Positions 1-13,013 of a DNA stretch of 64,000 nucleotides are shown here, in pieces. How positions within the stretch are numbered: the first letter of the stretch is position 1; each line of letters begins with the position of its first letter. The stretch lies in NCBI GenBank assembly GCA_964016885.1, contig OZ024743.1:291400001-291464000 (forward strand). Direction: 5' to 3'. Position numbers and translations under genes: made by a program. This DNA is from Eledone cirrhosa. Its lineage: Eukaryota. The notes under the pieces are model-generated. The model made no database searches, was not told where the DNA came from, and was given only the letters and a program-made list of their open reading frames with translations.

Positions 1-3000
1 AAGGCCCATTTACACGGGCCATTCTCGCTTCTTTCACCCACCTTTCATAAAACTGTCTGGGACCAAGCACTTCTCTCTCCATCCTGATTCTTCTTCCGAA
101 GTGGTATCGGAAGAAGTAAACCAGGTGATGGCCGGAGAGAAAGTCACCCGACCTCAGACCTTTCAGGCGCGTCCACCACACAACCTCTTTCATCATGGCT
201 ATTACGCACAGAAAGACCGCCTCTGCTTCATTTCTGAAGGGAGGAGGCGGCTTGATGTTCACCACAGACTCGGCGGTTAATCGAATCGGCGCCACACGCG
301 ACAGCAGTCGTTCGACGTAGCCCCACAGATCGGCAACGCCCGGGCAGTGTACCAGTGCATGCGCAACGGTTTCCTCGTCGCGCACGCATCTGGGACAGAT
401 CTTTTTCGCGGGATCCCTGCCTGGGCGCCCGTGTCTGTAGAGCTTTTCTCGAACGGGCAGAGCCCCCCGGTAACACTGCCAGGCTAGGGACCTCTGGAAG
501 TTGTCCATGGGTCCCGGGCCGAAAGTTCTACCGAACAGGCTGGCCAGTTCGTCCTCCTCCATGCCTAGCGACTTTCCAAGGGTGTCGTCGCCCCTGCTAG
601 CCACCAACCCTCTATAGAATGTCGAGGTGGATTCTCCACTGACAGTCGGGTCCGCTTGCCAGATAGCCGTGAGCGCCTGGGCACACTCAGTGTGCCAGTT
701 GCCCAGTTTTCTCGGTCTTTGCTTCACCCAGGATTGCAGTTCGGTGAGCGAGACGAGCTGTGGGAAGGCTCGCCTCACAAACGGGGCCCACACCGGCTGA
801 CCGTTGAGGAATACCTGTAGATGCCGTAGCCTCAATGCGTGCCTACGCATCAACAGCCACGGCATACCCAGCCCTCCTTTCGAAGGGTGCTGGCAGCAGA
901 TGGATCTCCTCACCATGGGAGGCCGCTTCTTCCAGAGGAACTGGAAGAGCATGCGTTCCATGATGGTGAGCTTTTCCTTGGGGCAAGGCACGACGGTCAG
1001 GCGGTAGTAGATGACGGACGCTATGTAAGCGCTCGTCACCTCCGCCCGACCTTTCAGTGATAGTTTGCACTTGGCCCACTTCTGGGTCAGCGCAAACACC
1101 CTGCTCGTCACCTCGCCCCAATTCTTCTCCACCTGGAGGTCCGGTCCGAACCAGACCCCGAGCAGCTTCACCGGGCCCTCCGTCCACCGCCCGACGACAC
1201 CGTCTAACGGCATCGGTTTGCCCCTCCACGTTCCGAGTTGCAAACCGACTGACTTGTCCTGGTTCAGCTTAGCCCCCGTCAGCCTTTCGTATTCCTCCAG
1301 TAGGGTGGCGATCGCCCCGATTTCCGAGGCGTCCGCCACCATTACTGTTACGTCGTCGGCATAGGCCGAGACCGCTTTGTGCAATCCCGGTTCCAGGGGT
1401 ATGCCCCGCAGCAACTCCAACTTCCGCAGCAGTGGCTCGAGAGTCAATACGTACAGAAGGGAGGAGAGGGGGCACCCCTGTCTGATGGATCGGGTGATTT
1501 GAAACGGCTACGAGAGGTAGCCGTTTACTTTAATCCTAGAGTAGATGTTGCCACTGTGCATGGCAGAAATCCAGCCCCTGAAAACGGGTCCGAAGCCCGC
1601 CGCCGCTAGCACCGCATCCAGGTAACCATGGTCGACCCTATCGAACGCCTTAGATTGATCCAAGTTGATCAGGGCCCCACCAAAGCCGGGTTCGTAGCCA
1701 ACCCTCTCTATGATGTATCGCATGAGGTGGAGGTTGTCGTGAATGGACCTGGACGGGATAGCGCATGTCTGCGCGTCTCCCACCAAACCACCCACCACAA
1801 GCGCCAACCTCTTCGCCAACACCTTGGCCAAAATCTGTAACTCTGCATTCAGCAGAGTTATGGGCCTAAAGTTACTTAAGTCGTCCCCCTTGCTCTCGTC
1901 CTTCCTCACTAGCGTGACCACGCCCTTGGTCACAGAACAGGGAATTCTCCCGTTCTGTTGCCAGTTGCAATAGACAGCCTCGAGGAGTTCGGAGAACAAG
2001 ACCGGCATAGCTAAATAAAGTTCGTATGGTAGACCATCGAGACCCGGGGATTTGCGTCTGCTGCATTGGCTGAGCGCTTCCCCGATTTCAGTGGCTGTGA
2101 TTGGCCCTTCGCAGCACTCCGCTTCGCCGCTCGAAAGACGCGGTAGACCGTCGAGGTATGGACCGAAGTCCACATCCCCGTCCGGCCCCCCGCCACCTCC
2201 GAACAGTCGAGCAAAGTGCCTTTGAAAGGTCTCGCACATTCGCTCAGGTTCAAGGATCACCCGTCCATCCTGGTCTCGCAAAGACCGAATGGTGGATTTA
2301 ATCCCACTCTTGGCTTCTGTCACGCGGGCCCAGCTAACAGCTTTGGTCCCCTCGTTTCCTAAAGCACGTATTTTACTTCGGACAACGCAGCCTTCGTGCT
2401 TCGCGTCAAAGAACTGGCTCAATGCCGTTCTCGTCGCTAACACTCTGGCTACGTCTCCGCTCCTAATCGCCTCTTCTAGTTTATCTGTTAACTCCCTTTC
2501 CCTCCTATTTCTATGCGCCGCTAGTTCCTTACTGTAACCTATCGAACTTACTCTAATCTCTCTCTTTAGAGATATCCACCACCTACTGTTGACGATCGCT
2601 CCCGTCAACCGCATCTTAACTAAGCTACTAATCCGGTTTCTGTAATCTTTCTTTGTCGGTAAGGACAAGTTCATCTTCCAGTAACCGGGACCCTGTCTAT
2701 GCGTTCTATCAAGGTTGACCACGCAGGTCACTAATTTGTGATCTGAATAGCCAACCATGATCAGTTCTGGACAACTAAATACGTCCCTATCCTTACTCCT
2801 AACCAAAAACCTATCTAGGTACGATCTAGATTGTCCACTGCGGTTTGCCCAGGTCCAGGTTGGCGCAGTTGGACAATGTAGTCGAAATCTATCGACCAGG
2901 TCGAATCGATCGAGTAACCCCTTGAGGCTGCTACACCCCCCTCTATCGGGACATGCCCCTGCATAGTCCCAACGCGCATCTAGGATTCCATTCCAGTCCC

Positions 3001-3416
3001 CCACTAAAAGCAGGGAACGCGACGTTCCTAGAAAAGTCTCCAGACGTTGGAAGAAGTCGGCTCTCTCCGCCCCGAAGGGAGCATAAAGACCGACCAGTCT
3101 GAAAGCCCCGCCTTCACCACCTCCGACGTCCAGCACCAGTAATCGACCCCCCGGGTCCGAGTGAACAATCTGTACGTCGAGAGTTAGACGTTTATCCAGC
3201 AGTACGGCAACTCCCCCCCCCCCCCCCGCCTCCGGGTTGACAGAGAGATGCGTGCATCTCAAAGTCATCGAAGGCGGGCGCCAGCTGTCTCACGCTGCTG
3301 ATCCGACTCTCGCAAACAACCATCACATCTATACTTTGTGACCTGAGGTCACTTAGAAGCTTTGCTTGCTTCCAAGCTGAGCTCAGGCCACGCGCGTTCA
3401 AACAGCCAACTCTCAA
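1..3416 (-). pseudogene. ORF2 (endonuclease-reverse transcriptase) of the Tx1-like LINE, disrupted
   Basis: EN motifs LRVGCLNARGL, LLVGDWNGIL, SYLDRFLV, YSDHKLV. RT motifs KSPGLDGLP, NFRPITLLN, LDQSKAFDRVDH, SIRQGCPLSSLLY, VSAYADDVT. C-terminal CPRC..H..C at about 345-405. Frameshift at the poly-C run (~3212-3227) and an in-frame TAG at 1508-1510. The segments I translated below 1507 are open in one frame. Confidence 0.92.
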
Positions 3417-3421
3417 TTGAT

Positions 3422-5286
3422 CTATTTTGGTGTTGAAAGTGAAGAAAGAAAAGCACTTACATCTCCGGGTTGCGTAATTTCCATGGCATCAGGTGTGTTG
3501 GGTGGAGGGATGTTTTGTGGTGGTGTGGGGGTACACGTGTGTGGTGGGGTTGGGGTATTTGGAGTTGTGTCAGGGAGAGGGGCGGTTATGGGGAAATCTT
3601 TCAAGAGGACGCGATTCAACGGTTTTAAACAGGGGGGGGGCTCACGTCCCGTCTAAATTGTTCTTTTAAGGAACGATAAAGGTCCAGAGGGACCTTTATC
3701 ATTTTTAAATGGGTGAAGTTCTCTGTTGAGATAAAGTTTGGCCCTTCGGTCTGCACCATAGGGTTATTGTTTATTAATTTAACCAGTTTTTTGTTTTCTT
3801 TATTTATATATGTGTATTGCAACGTCTTTTTTTGTGATGCTGTCAATGTTTCGGAGAGGGGAGGCGCAGATTTATTTTTGTTTGTTGAGGGTGGGGTGTT
3901 TTTGATTGGAGTTGGTGTTTGTGTGTGGGTTATTTGTGGTGTGCTGGGTGTGTGTTTTCTTTTTTTTCTTTTAACTTGTCTGAAGGCTTCTCCTCCTTCT
4001 TCTTCAGAAGTTGGGGGAAACTCTTCAGCGCTAGGTGGGAGGGACGTGTTGTGTGGTTGTTTTTTTTTTGCGGGAGGGGTAGATTTGTTACTGTTTTTTT
4101 TATTATTTGTTTGGAATGGGTTTTGTGGTGGTGGTGGTGGTAATGTTTGTGTCGTGCTTGTGGTTGGTAATGGTGGTGGTGATGTTTGTGTTGTGGTTGG
4201 TGGTGGTGATTTTTGTGTCGTGCTTGTGTTTGGTGCTGGTGGTGGTGATGTTTGTGTTGTGTTTGTGGTTGGTGGTGTCTGTATTTTGTTTGCTGTGTGT
4301 GGTATTAGTGTATTTTTGGAGGTGGGTGGTGCTGGTGTACTGTTTGTGGTGGGTGTGGGCAATAGTCCTTTTTGGGGGATACGTTTCGGGCAGTTAGCCT
4401 TAACGTGTCCCCTTTCCATGCATAAATAGCATGCTGGTCTTCTCCCCTCTACAATTATGTCTATTGGGGTAAGGTCATCCAGCCAGATGCGATCCGGGAT
4501 TTGTGCTATTCTTTCGGGCCTCATTTGGACTAGTATGTCGAGGCCCATTCCCAGGAACGCATCTCCAGTTGCCTTCCCCATTGACAGCATAGTGTCTTCG
4601 CCCATATCAATGAAGCCAGCAATAGCCCACCAGAAGTCCATTGTGGGCAGCATTGTTTTTACTTTTACCCTCTGTGTTCTTCTACCCATGTAGGAGGGAT
4701 AGAAGCTATATGTTGTCGACGAGAGTGGGCTTAGGGAAAGCTGAACCGCCGTTTCTTTGTCTCTTGTTAGGACCGAAATGCTGCCATAGAGTCGGTCCTT
4801 TCGTATGAAGAGAATATTCTTCATATAGTCTTTTAGGACTAACTCTATTTCCATTTGGCTGGGCTGTGCTGGCTTTCTTGACTGGTTTAGTATAGTTCTG
4901 TATATAACTGTGTTTTCTGCTCTGGCTTTCTTGAATTCTGGGGGGGAGTTAATGGAAAACATTCCGTTCTCCCCCAAAACAATATGTTTCTTTGCTTCGG
5001 CCAGTTTTTCTCTGGCGGCAGTTAGGTCAATTGGTGTGTATGTAATGGATTGCTTTGTTTTCTGGGCGAAAGTTGCCCTGTCGTTATTTGTATTATTTTC
5101 TGTTTGTTTGTTTTCTGTTTGCTCATTTTCCTTAACATTTGTTTTTTCATTTTGTTTGTTTGTTTCAATGTCTAATTTTGTTGTAATTATTTTTTGTTCT
5201 TCAGACTTGGGGGGCGTGGCAGAGCTAATGGCAGACATGTCTGCCATCTTTTCCGCCATGCTGCCAAGAAAGAAATTTTTCGGCAA
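3422..5286 (-). CDS. ORF1 (gag-like nucleic-acid-binding protein) of the Tx1-like LINE
   Basis: 553-aa ORF 3625..5286 with CYLCMERGHVKANC (CX2CX4HX4C) and a Pro/Thr-rich tail. It probably continues as ORF 3422..3619 after a frameshift in the G run at 3632-3640. Confidence 0.85.
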
Positions 5287-5460
5287 AAATAGATATTTAT
5301 TTTACCCCCTAAAAAGGGGGTAAATGCAAAAATGTTTCCCTAAATAACAGGGGTTAGTGTTCCAAATGTGTTGCACTAAAAATTTTATCCGGTACTTACA
5401 ATAGTAAGGGTAAATCCCGATGGAATAGCGGAGCCGATGCGAAGCGTGTCTTACTCTATC

Positions 5461-5494
<34 letters not shown>

Positions 5495-5927
5495 TGGGTA
5501 AGTGTGTTTTGTAACAGCAAGAGATATTGAAATTAGAAATAGAAGCTTTCGTCGTATTTTTGACTAAAGAAATATTAGCCAGATAGTAGGGTTTAGAGCC
5601 GTCAAAGAAATGGAGTGTTGACGTCTTTAGTCAACATACGCTGAAAGTTTCCATTTCAAATTATATATATATATATATTATATAAAAATGACTTCTACGT
5701 TTACATCAAATCATGAAGATGATTTCGTTCCACTGAAACAGTCATTTCTATCTATAATAAATGTGGTTATACGCTACCATTGTGCATATATTTTTTGTAG
5801 AATGGTTTCTAATTTTGCTTCTTATACCAAAATTATGTATATATATATATATATATTTGTTTGAGAAAAGAAATGTTGTGATTTCGCTTCTTTCAGCAAC
5901 AATTATTTTTTTAACTATCTTTTCACA

Positions 5928-6114
5928 TAATTGTTTCTACTTTTGGCACAAGTCCAGCAATTAACCAGTGCATTACTGGTACTTTATTTTACCGATCCCG
6001 TAAGGATGAAAGGCGAAGTTAACCTTGGCGGGATTTGAACTCAGACCATACAGGGCCGTAACTCTTTGTTGCAAAGCATGGTGTCCGACCCTCTACAGAT
6101 ACTGCCAAATGCCA
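5928..6114 (-). mobile_element. tRNA-derived SINE, family A
   Basis: Pol III B-box (TGAGTTCAAATCCC on minus). Body GCCTTTCATCCTTACGGGATCGGTAAAATAAAGTACCAGT is shared with copies near 32050, 32410, 59920 and 61480. Confidence 0.85.
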
Positions 6115-6196
6115 TCTGAATTGAAGTCACATGTTTAGGCCTTCGTAAAAAAAAATATACAAATCATTCATTTTCTCTCTCTCCCTCTCCTTCTCC

Positions 6197-6227
<31 letters not shown>

Positions 6228-6228
6228 A

Positions 6229-6261
<33 letters not shown>

Positions 6262-6769
6262 CCTCTCACTATCTCCCTCTATCACACTCTTTCTTTCCCT
6301 CAAACACACACAAAAGACACACTAGATCCCTCCAAAAATGTCCACACATTTACACACATACACATAAAGGCGCCCTATTCCTATTAATTTCATGATTTGC
6401 CGTTTTGATATTAATCACCTAAGTGAACAAAACGTGAATTTCAAGCTGTTTAGCTTTTATTCGGGCTCTATACTCTATATAGCATGGGTGTATCCAATAA
6501 AATTCAAGTCCCCCTAATCACTTCAATTATTGACAGGGCGTGCGAGTTACACCCTCACCATATACACACACATATACACATATATAACATATACATCTTA
6601 ATATGCTTTTATTGTGTTAATTCATCAGATCGTGACTTAGGTGAGGGATATTTTATATATATATATAGAGAGAGAAAGAGAGAAAAAGAGAGAGATAGAG
6701 AGGGAGAGAGAGAGAGGTAAATTAAAAGGTGAGATAGATAGTGATTGACAGAGAGAGAGCTAGTTCCAC

Positions 6770-6882
<113 letters not shown>

Positions 6883-7090
6883 TTGGTAGTAGCACTAAAA
6901 AGACTGCCTTTAAGCATAACAGATGTGTATACGAAAATATATTTAACATACAAATTACGTTTATAAACAAAAAACATATGGGTAACCGCCTGCCGAAGAA
7001 AGATAATGTTTTGTAACAAAACGAATAAAATAAGTTTTCTCTATTTCCCTCGGTGAATATATCACCATCTTGCCAGTATGATCTGAACAT

Positions 7091-7137
7091 GTCAGACAGT
7101 ACACTGTTTCAAGTTATGTTAATACTTCATCAGTGAC
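7091..7137 (-). ncRNA. Type-I hammerhead ribozyme candidate
   Basis: Minus: GTCA-CTGATGA-AGTATTAACATAACTT-GAAA-CAGTGTACTG-TC-TGAC. Stem I GTCA/TGAC, stem III CAG/CTG, GUC cleavage triplet. Confidence 0.7.
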
Positions 7138-8484
7138 CCTCACTCGAAACGTATTCGCATGAAATAGATAATAGTCTACGTAGAAGCTTGATGATCACTT
7201 GCTTCTGATGCTCATTTACATATAGCAAAGCATACAACATCGGCTGGAACTTGTCATTTGCATACATTGTAGGCTTTCTGCCTGGCTATATTTAATTGAA
7301 TATAGCATTAAGACATAAGATTTTGAGCCAAGCTCGAACAATATGCAGAAGTCAAATTCCAGCTGATGTTTTTAATAATTCACTATGAAATCGGATTGAA
7401 GTGAACTTGCAATTTAATACCAGAACTGTCAAACATCCCTTCTTGGGAGGATCAAACAGGTAGAATCCTCAGATATGATTTCTAGAGCGTGCCACCACGA
7501 GTAACCGTTTCCAATCGATCTTTCTGGATGCCCTAGCAAGATTAACACTAGTCATGAATGTTATCCAACTATCTCGTTCTACATCTGGCATTACACATAA
7601 AATATGTTCAGTGATGCTTCCCTTAGACATTATAGATACATGGCGCATATCAGGCATGTGATTTTGTATTCGAGATCGTATTCCTTCGGACATTACTCAA
7701 GATTCCAACCATATGCAAGAGTATGCTTGAACGACGAATTGAAGAAAGGGAATATGGATTTTACTCATCATACTTACTTCTTCTAATGAACGAATGCTGT
7801 ACCTGGCATATTACTGCACCTGGCATATTAAGTGAATACATTACTCCAGTAATGTTTTCACTTAATTCAGCCTCTTACCGTCAATCACGCGTGAAAACGA
7901 CCACGAAAATCTTTAAATACTCAATCTGATTCTGTGTAATTATACCTATATGCACAGAATATTACACATGCTTTCTTCGTGAGACAGGGCAACCCTCTAC
8001 AGCAAACTTATCCAGTGCATTTCGTCTAAAAATTACAGCCAACTTATCATACACGCACCTACCAACTCGGCTGCGCAGGTCAATCATGTTCATGAAAATT
8101 ATGGATAAGAGTGTTGACATATCGCAAAGTTGGCGAATCAAGCACCCACAATAAATGACATCGACTTGAACATACATATGTGGATTTCAAGATAAGAAGA
8201 TGCTGTGCATGGAGCGCGTACACCTTCCACAATGGATCAAGAAATAGGCAGTGATATTTCTTTGCGAGTTCCACGAAACGAGCATAAATCTCTTGGCATT
8301 TCACCCATTCACAACAAAGGAGGCATGTTGCAATGCCATCCCAACGACTCAATCAAAGTTTAATGTCCAAATGAATATAATAGAATTTGAACTATTGTTA
8401 CTCTAAATAGTGTCCTGCACATGTTTTCGAACTGTCAACTGTTGTGTAATTCAAAATAGGAATTTTTCGATTTCTTTCTTTTAC

Positions 8485-10000
8485 TACTTCTTCTTCGCCC
8501 ATTTATTCCTAAGAGGGTCGTAGGGACAGAGTCCTGAAACACTCCCTCCAGCAGGTCCTAACAGAAGCAACCCTCTCCAAATGATCCGGCTTAATCCTAA
8601 AGTGAGATCAACTATGCTCATGGATGTTATCAAACCGTCTTGAAGAAGCCAATTCCCAGGTCTCTTTTCAATTGGATTTGCGCATAAAAATCTGTCCAGC
8701 GATTATTTTTTGATACATTCTAACCACATGTCCATTGTATTGGAGCTGTGATCTCTCGGACAAGTAGCTGCTCTAACTGAAGTGACTCTCCCATCTCCTA
8801 ACTATGCACGCAATCAAATAACGTTACTCCAAAGACTTTCGGATAATTGATGATCATAGGTGGGGGATGGCACGAATACCGAATTCAAGTTAGCGAGTTT
8901 TGCTTTTACACATACCTCCCTTCATCTGATTACCAAATGCCGAAGAAGGCGCATTCCTGCACCAGCTCCTGCAAATGTTGCACTTAATTCAGCTTCCTGC
9001 CTTCCATCACTCGTATGCACGACCTTGAGATACTTTAAATATTCCACCTGCTTCAGTGAACCTCACTTCACATGAAGTGTGCACTGCGCAGGCTTCCATG
9101 TGAGGACGGCTGTCTCAATTTTCGCAGCACTGAATTTCATTCTAGGCATGCAACACTCGGCATTGAATATATTAATTGCAAGTCGCAGATCACCTTCTAT
9201 CCAATTATGTAATACAATGCCGTTTCCAAATTCCAGCCGATTGATTTTACACCCACCAGCCTTGCTACCACTTGAAACCCGGCTGCGCATGTCAATCCTG
9301 TTTATTAAATTAATGAAGTACGCATCCTTGGAGCAGATTGACTCTTATATTGGATGATTTTGATTTAACACCATTTATCCAAACACAAATACTCTGGCAT
9401 TCGTATAGAGACATCAAGACAGTAACAAGCTGACCATCTATCAGATAGGCCTGCACAACCTTCCAAATGAGGTCGGCAGGGATGTGGTCATATGCCTTTT
9501 GGAGATCTACAAAACACACATGATATTTTATCCAAATTCATAGAACTCCATGTGATACAAAAGTTTGTTCATACAAAGTGGAGATTGTTCAGCTCAGCAG
9601 TTTCTGCTTCAGCTGTTAAATGATGTCTGCCAAAAAGGCTTCTTGGATGGCTTGAGGATCAATTCGTTGAATATGCAATCCAACGAAAGAAGGAGACCCA
9701 CAATTCGTAGCTTGGAAATAATTCCTCCTTGCACATGTGGCACAAGCAAGCACCAAAGATCACGTAAAGTCAGTAAAGGCGTGCAAAAGTTAATACATCG
9801 GAGGACTTTGGCGTTAAGCAGGGATCCGACTTCAGTTCTGCAAATAAAGTGTTGTGAGAGACCATCCACCGACTTCATAATAAGAAGTTCTTATCCACAC
9901 ATGTTATCAGGAACACATCTGGCGTTCTCCTCTCTTCAGTGAGGAGTATTCTCATGAGATAGAGAGACTATTTTACTGATCTCCTGAACCCGATCACAAC
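8485..10000 (-). mobile_element. Degenerate RTE-clade LINE, RT and 3' part
   Basis: FVDLQKAYDHIP...LLQGCVL (9310-9519). Downstream RT/thumb remnants at 8860-9290. The 3' end resembles the copy at about 18490. Confidence 0.8.
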
Positions 10001-11265
10001 ATCATTCTGTTTTACGCTATATAAAATCATGGAGAGAATATGAATAGACTTTTTCTCATATGAGTTATTGCGAATTGTTTTCTTTTTTTAGTAGATCTTT
10101 GACGTTATTTGTAAACGTTTCGGTTATTAATTAGTGGTGTTTTGTTTTTTGTCGCTGGTTTTATGTGCTCAGATTTCCAATCTCTCTGAGTTAAACTGTG
10201 CCTTTCATTTTTTTATGGTGCTAGCAAGTTGTAAGAGTCCATGGTGGTAGACAGGCAGCATATTTGGAACGTGAGACGAGTTGCTTTATGGTATTTGTTT
10301 CAGGAATTAGATTTTTCCATTTCTCCTGCTTTGTATGAAGTAAACCCATGACTATAAAACCGTAACTCCTAAACAATGTTGTAACTATTGAAGGATAATT
10401 GTGGTTGTCTGACATTGCATTCGTCGCTAACGATCTAAAACTTCAAGACTATCATCAAGGAAATAGAATATAGTTCACACAGCAAAAAGAGTGCTTACTA
10501 TAAATTTCCCTATAGGAAACTGGGCTGCAAAGTTCATTGGCTGACTGCGAAGAAGTGAGGCTACATTTATGAAATCTTACATACATTAATTGCAACTATT
10601 CTTATTAATAACTACATTGTTTCCTTCCCGGGACTTATGTACAAAATATATACCTAATGTGTTTATTCAATCAGAGTATTTTGGTAAATCTATGACGTTT
10701 TCAGTCTATGAACATTTCAACTGAACCCCGTAAATATACCCAGAGAGATAAGCACGTTAATTATAATATACTGACCGCTAGGAGAGCATGAGATCTGTAA
10801 AAGTGAAAATAAGTAACAATTGATCTGTGGTATTCTAATGTTTCTGTTAATTTCTTTATTCTTTTAATTTTAAATGTAAAAATAATTGTTCTCTTCATTT
10901 CCAAATATAACACCCAAAACATTTAAAATCATTTTCGCTGTTAAATAAAAAGCATGCACAAAATTATTGGTGAAAATGTCACAGTTTATTGTTTCTTTTT
11001 TTTTAATTTGTTTTTTTTACGAAGCAGCATTTATGTCTGAATGCGCACAAATTTATTCCAGGAATAGCTTTTCATAATATTTATTAAATATTGATTTGTT
11101 TTACGTAAGTTAGAAATAAGATATATTTAAAATAAAGTGAGATGTAAATCTCAGATTAAAAATCAGGATTATTTTAAATAGAAGTTTTTAATCTTAAACA
11201 TATTTTTAACTTTCGATCATTTCAAACAACCGATTGCTTCCAGTTATATCATTTTCTCATTACTC

Positions 11266-11284
11266 TCTTTCGCATACAAACAGT

Positions 11285-11358
<74 letters not shown>

Positions 11359-11372
11359 TTCGCATACAACCA

Positions 11373-11436
<64 letters not shown>

Positions 11437-11450
11437 TTCGCATACAACCA

Positions 11451-11535
<85 letters not shown>

Positions 11536-11536
11536 T

Positions 11537-11570
<34 letters not shown>
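11266..11570. repeat. Compound microsatellite with three copies of a 22-bp spacer motif
   Basis: TCTTTCGCATACAA(A/C)CAGTACA at 11266, 11356 and 11434, separated by (CA)n/(TA)n. Confidence 0.9.
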
Positions 11571-11599
11571 GGATGCATTCGGTTTGAAAATGGTGGTTA

Positions 11600-12505
11600 G
11601 ACTATAACTAAATAGTGTACTTGATACTTGGGGTAGTAGACCATGGTTATATTATAAAGAATCGGGACCCCGATGGCTGAGCTCGTGCAGTTTCAACAAA
11701 TAGTTCCAGACTGATTGCCAAAGGCCTTGGTGGTTAACTGGTTGTGTCATCGGGAAATGTGGTTTGTCCAAATATGGGCATACATCGTTTATCCAATTGT
11801 AAAATCTCTTCACATAAGTGGCTTTTCTTTTGTTAGTGAGTAGTTTTGTTTGGTTGTGTGTGTAGATTTCTGGTAGTAACTGTTTATTTGTATGTGTGCG
11901 TTTATGTACGTATCCAAATGTATCTGCCTGGTCAACTTCAGATACAATAATCGTGGAGAGTGGGTGGAATAATATCCTAATGGCTCAATTAAGCCAAACT
12001 TGTTACAATAAAATGTATCGATGTCTCATCAAAGGCCTGTGTGCGTTGATGAATTGTGGGGCTGTTCCTTGTTTTTTTAAAGATAACTAAGAAACAAGTT
12101 CTCACTGTGTTGACATATATACTTTCCATTTGGTCAACCTTTTTTATTTTTATGATTAGGACTGTTGCCAATTCTATAGGCTGTAGGTCGCAATAACCAT
12201 GTCTGGAGGCAGACATACACACACACTCAAACTAATATATAATCTCAATGAATATAATTCCACCCACTCACCACGATTATTCTATCTCACGTTGATCCGG
12301 AAGATACACTTGGATGTGCATATAGACGTACGTATACATATAAACACTTATGTGAAGAGATTTTACAATTGAGTAAACAATGTATGCCCTTCTTTGGACA
12401 AACCACACCTCGTGATGTTGCAGACATTTAAACGCCAAGGTTGGCACTCAGGCTGGAACTAGGTATTGAAACGTCAAGAACTCAGCCGGTGGGTCCCGAC
12501 TTTAT
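11600..12505 (-). mobile_element. Old PLE 3' fragment with diverged inverted terminal copy
   Basis: 11660-11970 is an imperfect inverted repeat of 12240-12505. The minus strand of 11990-12200 gives CDLQPIE...CQHSENLFL, resembling the PLE endonuclease C-terminal Cys/His motif. Confidence 0.5.
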
Positions 12506-12514
12506 ATATCTTTA

Positions 12515-12554
<40 letters not shown>

Positions 12555-12775
12555 TGCTCAGAAAATACAATATAAAATAGGATAAATACACTTAGAAACA
12601 GAAAAAGAAGTTCTCGGCAGCAGCTAAGGGGAATCGAAACTTGCGCTCTAAGTTAAGAAGTTGAATCAAACAGAATTTTAAAAATGTCAACAAACAACAT
12701 ATGCGAAGTTCAAATTTTCGAATATACGAAGCGCTGTTGGATTCAGATCCTCGATTTAGGCAATAAAAAAAAATA

Positions 12776-12857
<82 letters not shown>

Positions 12858-12923
12858 GAAGAGAGAAGAAACATTTAGATATAATTAGTAATAAGATGTA
12901 TCATACCTAAACTGCTTCTAGAT

Positions 12924-13013
12924 TCCTCGACTACGTAGTTTCGTGGCATAAACAAAAACAATACATCATATAGATATAGAGCCTTTGCGAGGTCTGCCGA
13001 CTTATCAAGAGGA
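12924..13013 (-). ncRNA. Degenerate type-I hammerhead ribozyme
   Basis: Minus: TCCTC-TTGATAA-GTCGGCA..TGCCAC-GAAA-CTACGTAG-TC-GAGGA. The core has two transitions from CTGATGA. Stem III is palindromic. Confidence 0.55.

Larger units (their letters stand above)
1..5456 (-). mobile_element. Tx1/L1-clade non-LTR retrotransposon, near full length; 3' end runs off the window
   Basis: ORF1 has a CCHC knuckle. ORF2 has an APE endonuclease, RT and a C-terminal zinc knuckle. GC-rich relative to the flanks. The putative 5' UTR ends at about 5456, next to a (GATA)n tract. Confidence 0.93.

Noticed and set aside
3713-5323. Plus-strand ORFs of 238, 137 and 96 aa rich in V/G/F/C
   Set aside because: Antisense shadows of the Pro/Thr/Lys-rich LINE ORF1
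5700-5750. HHR-like string CATGAAGA..GAAACAGTC
   Set aside because: The core has an extra base and the stems are too weak
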